Origin: the human T2T-CHM13v2.0 reference genome, Homo sapiens
Strand: one strand, 5' to 3'
Length of the DNA stretch: 64,000 bases
NCBI RefSeq assembly: GCF_009914755.1
Contig: NC_060926.1
Below the pieces are notes generated by a model. That model saw only the letters and a list, made by a program, of their open reading frames with translations, was not told the origin of the DNA and made no database searches. Position numbers and translations under genes: made by a program. This document shows positions 51,929-64,000 of this stretch, one piece after another; the first letter of the stretch is position 1; every line of letters starts with the position of its first letter.

Positions 51929-52391
51929 TGTTGTGTGAAGGAGTTACATATACAAAGTGACTCTCAAATGTGGAAAGATCCAAGAAACCAAAGAACTAAG
52001 CAGACAAATCTAGTTTGTCGATGGAGGGCAATTTATTAGGGAACTTATGGATGGAAGCATGGTCTCAAGCAGCTGCAAGACAGGTAGATTTCCACACTAT
52101 TACTTCCTAGACTCAGGGCTTACATACCATAGGGAAAGGGGTATGCGCTCTACAGAAACAATTGAAGGCAACCCTCTAGAACAGGCAAGGATGCTGTGTG
52201 CGTCATGGCCTATAATCTTGGTGACCACATCAAGGGTGCTTGGATCTAAAGGCAGGATTTATGTTGAGTACATGTTCTCACACTAAGAACAGCAAATAAA
52301 GTAGGAACCAGGAGGCATTCACGGGACTGGAACTAATCAGAAGTCAACATGGCAGATTAGCATCCAAGATGGAGTCACTTTTGTCTCCACA
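51929..52391 (-). mobile_element. LTR47-like solo LTR
   Basis: Reverse start TGTGGAGACAAAAGTGACTCCATCTTGGATGCTAATCTGCCATGTTGACTTCTGATTAG; TSD ataac/ataat. Confidence 0.72.
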
Positions 52392-54004
52392 ATAATTGTA
52401 GTTAATTTGAATCTCTGTGTGATGTTATCTTCCTCAAGAGAGGATTTACTATTGTTTCTCACAGAAGGGTGGGTCCTTTAATCTAATCAGAGAGTGAGAT
52501 GACTTGAACCTGGGCCTCATTCTTTGGGAGGATACTCTATTTCTGGCACCCCTGTCTCTAGGGTTTACCCCTTCCAAGGTCCAAACTGGAAGCTTGGGTA
52601 TCTATTAGGGTCCCTTGTTTTTGCTGAAAGAAAATAGCCTTCTTTGCTTTTCCCGCCAGTTCCTTGGAATTGTTTCAAGTTACACTTAGTTTCTCAGCGG
52701 CTGCTGTCTGTCCTGACTGTGTGCTTCTCAGTCTATGTTGTCTGAGTGGCAAATGTCTCCAGGAGAAAAAGTCAGATCACATGTTGGGCTGACTTCCCTG
52801 GGTTTCCCATCTCTCTGGGATCTTCACAGTGATATTTATTTTATTATCTCTAGCTTTTCTAGTTATTAACAATGAGGAGGTTGGCCTGAAACAAGTTAAT
52901 TCCACCAAAGTCAGAAGTAAACATTACACATTATCCTTGAATGAAAGCATAAAGGAAAGGTGGCTTTTAAAAAGTAAGTACTCCTGTTATTAATACTTAT
53001 CAGTGCAAGTCCAACAGTCTTAGGGAAAGACAATTAAATAAACTTTGAGTTTTGAAATTTTAATTTGCACTTTGGGTAATGCATATTCTAAACTGAGAAA
53101 AGTAATATCCATTAGTAGAATGTGTTTATCCAAGAATAGAGACTCCTCGTTCTTTCTAGCAGGATAAGTAGTGATTGCTGAACTTTGAACTGGGTAATAA
53201 CAAGTTGATACTAAGTATTGTACTTATTATTTACTCTTTACTCTTGTGCACTTTCATTTCTCAAATTGTACCATGGAACAGTTGGAGCACAAGTCGAAAC
53301 AAATCTAAAAATATTCTTGTGAAAAATGAATCATACACCAGCTGGTTGCTATGTTTTTGTTGACAGGAACCTGAGGACATGTATTGTGGCTTTATTTTCT
53401 AAATAATGATGTGCTCTTTTTTTCAATATAAAAATAACACCACCAGACAGCAACTTTAAAGCATGGACTTTAGGCTGTTTTTAGCAGTACTGATAGGTTT
53501 ACCTTTACCCACTTGCCCTCACCTTTCCCATCTGATAGAGTCCTGCCCATATCTTGCATTTATGGGATGAGTCCTCAGGTTATATATCGAGTCTACTCCC
53601 TTAACTAGAAATCTTAGACTCCTAAACATAGCGTTTTCTCTACTGAGCTAATAGGCCCAGCTCGTGTAAAACCAGGTGCTTAATGTCATTAGTAAAGACT
53701 GAAATCTTATTAAGATAAATTATTTATGATGGGTGATGCAAAGATTCAATTCAAAGTGGTATAAACTATCAACATACAGGAGCCTGAGTTACTTTTTGTG
53801 CACTTATAATTTCCTTAACAGAATGAACTTCAGTGAAAGGGGGGAAAATAAACTTAATTTATATTCTGGGGAATTAAACACATTGATCTTTAACTAGTAT
53901 AAGCCCAACAATTGTTTAAAGGGAGAAAAAATCATGCTGCATGTAGCTCTTATTCAACTGTCATAAACAAATTAATGATCAGTGGTGATTCCAAAAGTAA
54001 ATGT

Positions 54005-54315
<311 letters not shown>

Positions 54316-54407
54316 GCAATTGTACATTAAATATAATGCTGTTTAAATTTTGAGCCCTTCTGAATTATGTAAAGTGTTTGTTTAATAAAAGTGAAGTACC
54401 CTTTAAA

Positions 54408-54736
54408 ACTGTGCTGTCCGATACAGTGGCCAATTGTCATCTGAGTGACTTTGAGCACTTATAATGCAAAGAATGTGCATTGAGGTGGGCTGTAGGTGTA
54501 AACCTCATACCTGATTGTTATTCACCTGAGTGAATAACAAAAACAGGAATATAAAATATCTCATTAACTATTTTAAATATTTATATGTTGAGGTGATGTT
54601 GCTTGTACATTAAATTAAATGCAAAATATTATTAAATTTAATTCTACCTGTATTTCTTTTTACTTTTTAATGTGGTGAGTAGACAATTTTTAGTTTCATA
54701 TGTGGTTTACATTATATTTCTATTGGTCAGAACTGC
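54408..54736 (+). mobile_element. MER33 (hAT-Charlie)
   Basis: tgctgtccgata..ttgagcactt..aaaatatctcattaa..aaattaattc.acctg..tttttaatgtgg..cattatatttctattgg. Confidence 0.78.
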
Positions 54737-56748
54737 TTGAGAAGCTCAAAAATGTTGGACAACATTTAGGAATGTAAGAGTAAATCTCTCCACATCCAGT
54801 ATTATTATGAAAAGTGGAATATTTCTAAACACAGATGCTCCCTTCCTGCAGAGGGGCTGCAGACACCCTAACTCCAGCCCACAGAGACCTACTGCGGCTC
54901 CTCACCTTCAGAACTGTCGGATAATGAATCTGGGTTATTTTAAGCTACTGAGCTTGCAAAAATTTGTGACAACAGCTAGAGGAAACTCATACAAACACAG
55001 AGGATGAAACTGAGACTCTAAGAATTAAGAAACTTAACCAAATCACAGGTGTTTGAGGAGCGTCTGTGGTCAGACCTAGGGCTTCTAATTCCCAGTGTAG
55101 TGATATTGATCTCACACCACTGATGCAGTGAAAGTAATAAACCGAGAGACCGCTATAAACTGAGGTCACAGCTGTCCCTTCTTCTCAATGCACTGAAGAA
55201 AGCCTCCTTAGAGAAAAAGCAATCAAATATTAGATCAGTAAATTGCTTTTGAAATTTAAGATGTTATGGTCTCCTTTAAAAGTATTCTTGTAATAAGACA
55301 CTTAGGAAACGTGTCTTTCCTTTAGTCAGTGGGTGGGAGGAGAGTGAAGTTTGAAACAGACTGTAAAAGAGATGAATTTTAATATTAATCATTTATGCAC
55401 TCATGACTATGAGCTCAGAAATGAAGGTTATTTGGGAAAATATCCTTGAAGAATTGGCGCAAAGATTGCTGGAAACCATCGCGGACATCATTATGCGGAA
55501 TTCGTGCCACATTCTTTTAACTCTTCATGAAGCAGAGAAAAATGCCTGATTCTCAGCCCTCACAGGGTTTATGGCTCAGTCAGTTACAGTGTTGCAGGAA
55601 TGGGGCCACTGTGGAGGAATCGCAGAGTACTCTGTGGTTCTAGGTCACAAACTCACTCCCACATTCTGGGAACCTACTTGACAATGGCAAGCTGGTAGTC
55701 AAAAGCCAGGTTGAGGGCAGCTTTTCTTCTTCCCAGCTCTCTCCTTTTCCTGTCCTTGCGGGTCCTTCTGTTCTTCCCTCCTGCCTCTGGCCCTTCTCTC
55801 CTGCATCCCATCCGTTAGGCCATCCCATCTGTTCCCCTGGCCAGTTTTCTCCTGATATCGCTGGAAGTTCCTGCTGGCCTTTGTGACAGGGTCAACTTAC
55901 CCAGGACTCTACAGGTCCTAGTCTCCACCCACCTTCTCTTCTGTCGCATTCGTCAGCTCAGTAACGCTTCCCAGGTGATCAGTCGCTCAGGTCAGACACC
56001 GGGCCCTCGCCTCTGCCCTGTCACCTAGCCACTGGCCTTGTCCCTTCCAGGCCCTTCCCCAGGGATCCTTGAGGGGCCCTCGGCTCGGCATGCCTGTCCA
56101 GCCCTGCAATGTGACACTCTCTTTTTGGTCCATGCCCACCTCCTGCCCTGCCTCTGTCGTCCTGCTTTCCTGCTTGGAAGATTTATTCTTGCTTCAGGGC
56201 CCTTGCTCATGCCTGTACCTTTTACTAAGAATGACTTTCCTTCAAGTATAGGACCTGGCAAGGAACTTCCCACTGATCTTTAAGACTCATTGCAAGCTTT
56301 ATGTTTCCTAGAAAGCTGGCCCTGACCTACAGCCCTCCCACTGAGGGAACTGAGGCCCCTGCCACTGGGTGTTGGCACTGCCTCTGCAGACACCTACTGA
56401 TGCCTGTGGCCTGGGCCGATGCTGGCCACACTGCCTCCACTCTGCTGAGTGCTCGCCTCTGCACAGAGTCTCTGCTACACTTCATGGCTAGAACATGTGT
56501 CTCCTTATAGCCGGATCGCGTCTCAGCCTCATGCCTCTGGGGACTGACGCACCTGTTAGGTGGGAGCTGCTCAGTGGAAGATGAGCAAAATCATCCCAGT
56601 CACATGTCAAGAGATTCGTCACTAAAAGAACAGATCATGTAGGCATGAATGTTTGGAATATTTATCTCATCATTACATTTCTGTAGAAATACAGGAGCAC
56701 GTGAATAGCATACTTTTTTTGTTTTACAGAGAACTATTGCTTTCTTTA

Positions 56749-57129
<381 letters not shown>

Positions 57130-57199
57130 CTAATCATTTTACATAAAGTCATCCAGCAGGGAAATATTTCAGGAAGGTATTTTTCTTTTTCTTTTTAAC

Positions 57200-59140
<1,941 letters not shown>

Positions 59141-60509
59141 GAAAGACCAAATTTTAACCACCACTTCTACAATAATGGATGGTGCATCTAATGTTTTTGA
59201 ACTCATATTATTTTAAAGTTAAGCAAGAGATTCCACTTCACAACTAAACAAAACAATTTGAGCTGAGTTAAAAAATAAGCTTAAAAAACCCCTTCAGTTT
59301 AACATTATTTGTTAATTGATACTATATAAAATGTAAACCTTTTTTAAAACTCTGGATATAGGCTTAATATCATTTACAATATAAGTAATCCAGAGTGACC
59401 TTCAAAGCCTTTGAATTCCTGCTTCATTTTCTGAAATGGAATGGGCACTTAGTTGTCTGACTAAATTATTTACCAGCATCACTGAAAGGAACTGATGGAC
59501 TGTCTCCCGTGGACTGTCTCACTCCAAGGCAGCATGACTGCCCCTTAAATTGAGATGGAAGCTCAAAAATCTTTTGTTTAGATTTCTACCTCTTGTTCTT
59601 TGGAAGCTCTCTCCCATGTATCCCTCAATAGAAGATGGAGTTCTGTTGTTCAGATTACACCATAGCAGTGCCTCATCAATTTAAGTGTTCATAGGAGTCA
59701 CTTGGAGTGCTAATGAAAACTACAGATTCCTGGCTCCCCTTCATAAACATGCAAAGCTGGGGTGGGGCCTAGGGATCTGCATTTTAACAGACTCCATCTG
59801 GAGTCACTTGGGGAGAATGACTATCCTAGTGTCAGTTAGCTTGCTATGAATGATGGAGGACCTTTAGCCATGGAAGACATGAAATAGTAATTTGCAGGTA
59901 GAAAGTCTGCATGTGGCTACTTGGAATTAGCTCATTTTATCTGCATCAGCAGCCACATCTGAATAGTCTAAAGAGAAAAGGACTTTTCACATGAAAAAAG
60001 CTAGAGATTTTCTACAACTTGATTTTAAAAGGGTGTGAAACTGTGTGGTTTGAGAATAGAGTGAAAACATTTATCACAATGACACTGATATCAGAATGCA
60101 GAATGAATTGTAGTGACATCAATGTTCTCAAACGAAAAGTTTGGTAAATATCAAAAGGAGATGAAGAGAAGACAGCTCCAGAACTCTGTTCAGCAAACTG
60201 AAAAAGGTAAGCTCTTTTCACTGCGTTGCTTGCTTCAGTTTTCAACTACTGGTCTCTGTCTGAGATCTGAGGTGAAGTGCACATTGGAGAGGATTCTGAG
60301 GATTTGGGTTTTTTTTTTTTTTTGGTGGAAAAATAATATGTGGTATAAAACATAGTGGAGGAAAGTGAGTCATTAAAACTGAAATGTTTAAGAACTACTA
60401 GATTACATAGGAGTATTAATTATAAAATTCTTCCTCCAGCATCCTGCAATCTACCTTTGGAAAGTCCTGGTGTCCCCTGTCCTACAACCACAGTGCAAGA
60501 GTTAATATG

Positions 60510-60900
60510 GTTGTGGTGAGCCACTAATGTGCTCACCAGAATGTCCCTGCCTTTCTGGCACATGGTAGGATTGTACTTTCCTGTCCTCTTGGTGTTAGTG
60601 GTGGCCACGTGACTCGCTTTGGCAAATGCTAAAGTATGAGTTGAATTGACAGGTGCCAATTCCAGGCAGACCTTTAAGAATCAGTGCATAATTTATCATG
60701 CTCACTTCCTCTGCCATGGTAAATGGAAATGGTCCAGATGGTAGTAGTTGATCTATTAGTCAGCCCTGGTGCAGGAGGAAGCTGTGGAGTAGAGGTCCCA
60801 GCCAACCCACAATGAGTGAGAAATGGGCCACACTGTTTTACATCACAGATTTGGGGGTTGTTTTCTACTGCACTTGACCTAGCACATCCTGAATGATTCA
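60510..60900 (+). mobile_element. MLT1I/J-type MaLR LTR
   Basis: tggtaggattgtactttcc..ggccacgtgactcgctttggc..; agatttgggggttgttt..cctagc..tcctga..ca end. Confidence 0.72.
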
Positions 60901-61778
60901 GTAATTAATGGCAATGGTTCATAACCTTTCCACAATGAGGACCTCTTTTTATTTCAATATCCATTGACTAAGAAATCATGTGTTGTGTGAAAGCTACTCT
61001 GAATGCAATAACATTTTAAAATACATTTTTATTTTGCTAACCATACATAATCTTTACATATGTTTGAAAATCCATGAGTGGTAGACATCAGTGATACACA
61101 ATTCTTGGTGGACATATAGACTTGGGAGCTCTTTGCAATGATTTCTTGGTTTCCCAGTGGTCAGGTAAAATAAGCTTCACCTTGGGAGACAAAAGTTAGA
61201 GGGTTTTAGAAATAGAACTCTGCCATTATATACTGTATGGTTTGGGGTTGGGTAATTTCCTTCCCTTATGGACTTCAATTGTCTTATATACAAAGCAATG
61301 ATATGCCAGCCCTCCACTGCCTTTTATAGGGTGATTAAATGATAATGTGACAATAAGAAATTGTTTTAAAAGAGTACAAGAGACATTTTAAAGTTCATAG
61401 TATTATTTACTGTATCAAGTCTGTGTGTACTCAAATGTCATTTAATCCTTGTCTTTAAAAAATGTAGGAAGCAGGTGGTTTAATGGAAATGTTATAGACT
61501 ATCTGTTTGAGGACAATTGATTCAGGTTCATCTGTCCTTTAAAAATATTACCTCATAAATATAAAATAAATATCCAGACTTTTGAAATATAAGTAGATAA
61601 GCAAAGACTAAAAATCATTTCAAAAAATCAAGGAAGACATGACAAAATACAGGATGTGCTTCCAGAATTAAAGCAAAATAATCAAAACATAAACATAAGT
61701 GAATTCACTTATATGGGTGTGTATGTATATGTATACACATATAAACATCAAATTCACTTTCTCTTCTTTTCAGAGTAT

Positions 61779-62284
61779 TGTTACTGAAATACCAGGGGTT
61801 CTGTGTAAGTCCTGCTGCTCACTGCACAGAAAGCCAAGAACTAAGACATGTTTTGCCAGGGAAGAAGGCTTTAATTGGGTGCTGCAGCTGAGGAGATGGG
61901 AGATCATTCTGCAATCCATCTCCTCAACCCACTAAAATTAGGGATCTGTATAATGAGTAAGAAATGTAACCATGTGTGGAAAAATAGGAATTAGGGAGGG
62001 GCAAGAAAGAGGAGCTGGTCAACAGGAAGGAGGTGGTCTTATAGGCAATCATGAAGGGTGAGCGGTCTGACATCCCATTGTCCAGATGCAGTGATTGGTA
62101 AGTTTCAGTTTCTTGATAGTATTTGGGAAGGCTGATGGTTGGTTTCCTGAGAGAGGAAAGCTCAAATAAGACAAATGTACCTTTCTCAAGTTTTAAGACT
62201 GGGAAGGTCAGTTTCTATGTTTATTCAAAAAAAACCATAAATATCAGTTGACATCAGTTCTATGGGACAATTGGGCCAGTTTCG
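61779..62284 (-). mobile_element. ERV1 solo LTR (LTR26-like, same group as 29221-29665)
   Basis: tgttactgaaataccagggg..cagaaagccaa..gaagaaggctttaatt..gctgcagc..gagatgggag; 4-bp TSD GTAT. Confidence 0.75.
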
Positions 62285-62338
62285 GTATTTTCGTATATAT
62301 ATATGTGTGTATCATTCACACACACAAACACACGTACA

Positions 62339-62670
62339 CAGGGTTGACCCTTTGTATCTGCAGATTCCGCATCCATAGATTTAGCCAACTGCAAATCAAA
62401 AATATTTTTAAAAAACAATAAAAAATAATACATATTAAAAAACCAATACAGTGTAACAACTGTTTACATAGCATTTACATTATATTATTAGATATCATAA
62501 GTAATCTAGAGATGCTTAAAGTATCAGAGGATGTGCAAAGTATCAAAGGATATGCATAGATTATATGCAAATACTCTGTCATTTTACAACAGGGACTTGA
62601 ACATCTGTAGATTTTGTTACCCATGGGGGTTCCTGGAACCAATCCCCCACGAATAGTGAGGGAGGGCTAT
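62339..62670 (-). mobile_element. MER2
   Basis: taagtaatctagagatg..ttatatgcaaatact..gggacttga..ttcctggaaccaatcccccacg. Confidence 0.87.
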
Positions 62671-63150
62671 CTATATTTTTTGATATATGTAACAGATATA
62701 TATTTTTTTCTGATACATATATATTTCTGATATATATTTTCTGGTATATATATTTTATATGTGTGTGGATACACACATCGAATTCACTTTCTCTTTTCAT
62801 TGCTTGGAAAAGAAAAGAAAGTGAATTTTGATAGCAGTTGATTAAATAAATTTTAAAGGCAAAAATTTAGGATTTGAGCTTTACATTTTTACAATGGAAA
62901 TTGTAAATTGGAAATGTTAACACATTAACACAATGTAAGAAATTAAACTAAATTAAATTTCTACAGGGAGAAATGATCTAGGAAAAGCCAACTTTCCCTA
63001 GAGCACATTTGGAATTTTAAGTTCTTGGGACTTTCAGTCCTCGACACCCTGAGGCTGCAGCAGAGCACGGCCAAGACGCTGTGCAGAGCTCAGGTTGCTG
63101 GGGAAGGCCTGGCCCCTTCTGACCACATTCCCCATCCTTTTTCTTTCAAG

Positions 63151-63300
63151 AAGCTTATCTGTCCTGCGTCCTAAGTCTTAGGGACTTGCTGACGACAACA
63201 TGATAAGCTCAGCGTGCAGTTGACATTTCATCACATTTCGTCCAACCCACACCTGGACACACACTAGGTAGTGTGTGGGAATTAGTGAGAAAAACAAAAG
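63151..63300 (+). other. Candidate non-coding exon (150 nt)
   Basis: Branch-like CTGAC ~63119, polypyrimidine tract plus AAG acceptor at 63150, consensus donor AAG|GTGAGT at 63300; stop codons in all three frames. Confidence 0.4.
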
Positions 63301-64000
63301 GTGAGTGAAAAGCCAAAGCTCAAAATTTGGAGAACAGGGCTGAGAAAAGCAAGGGTCTCTCACCCATGTTCTCCAGGCCTGCACCCCATGTTCAGCTGTG
63401 TCCAGCTGTGTCCAGCTGTTCTGCTCTCTGGTTCAGCGTTCAGTGAGCCCCCAGGACTCCCGCTTTCTCTCTCAGTGCAGCAATAAAACCAAGAGTGCAA
63501 ATGGCCTGACACGAGGTCCCCTTATGATGTTTTCCCAGAGCTAAGCTCTAATAGGTGTGAGTGGCTGCCACCCAAATTGCAAATACTTTTTGGGAAGTCT
63601 GCACCTCAGATATTTTGGCTGAAGAAACGCATTGATTCCTGGACCCAGTCCCTTTCGGCATGCTGATTTGGGTTGACCTGAGGGTGGATGGGATTATCTA
63701 ACATGGGCCATATGTTTATTCTTTAGTGTAACCTTTTGGGGTCACAAAAATAATCCTTTGTATCTAGGAGGCATCGTTCCCTCGCTACTCTTGCAGAGCT
63801 TCCCCCTTAATCCCTCAGTAATCCCCAAGAGGCAGTTAGCTCACCCACTGTCCTCATTTCCACCCCAAAAATAGGAATTTTACTTCTCTCTAAGGATGGC
63901 GTTTCTATTTCCAGCCCCTGGGACACGCACAGCCAACAGATGGCCCTGCCAGGTACATGATGTGTACAGGAGGCTTCCTACTCACCTCTGCCCCGGGGGT

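Overview
Primate (most likely human/hominoid) non-coding, repeat-rich DNA with no intact protein-coding gene that I can support. About 32 Alu copies or fragments, several L1 and L2 blocks, MIRs, many solo LTRs (MSTA, LTR16, MER39-type, two LTR12, MER50/66-type, MLT2, MER11, two LTR26-type, LTR33, LTR47, MLT1) and DNA-transposon MITEs (MER2, MER30, MER20, Tigger4a, MER1A, MER53, MER5A, MER33), often nested. Two processed pseudogenes are clear: RPL27A (1545-2066, +) and ILRUN/C6orf106 (about 41128-42717, +). Two GC/CpG-rich unique segments (about 7.2-7.8 kb and 39.4-40.5 kb) look like promoters or enhancers, and a few strong splice signals suggest + strand lncRNA exons. The most unusual observations are: an apparent giant (~113-125 bp) target-site duplication around an old L1PA insertion; an RPL27A retrocopy whose two compensating frameshifts leave a 149-codon open frame; an ILRUN retrocopy that may preserve ancestral features; a perfect 26-bp-arm hairpin in unique DNA; and an AluYb-like element with an 8-nt duplication. 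I found no convincing new biological system. Repeat subfamily names come from recalled consensus sequences, not from a database search, and repeat boundaries are approximate unless a TSD is given.
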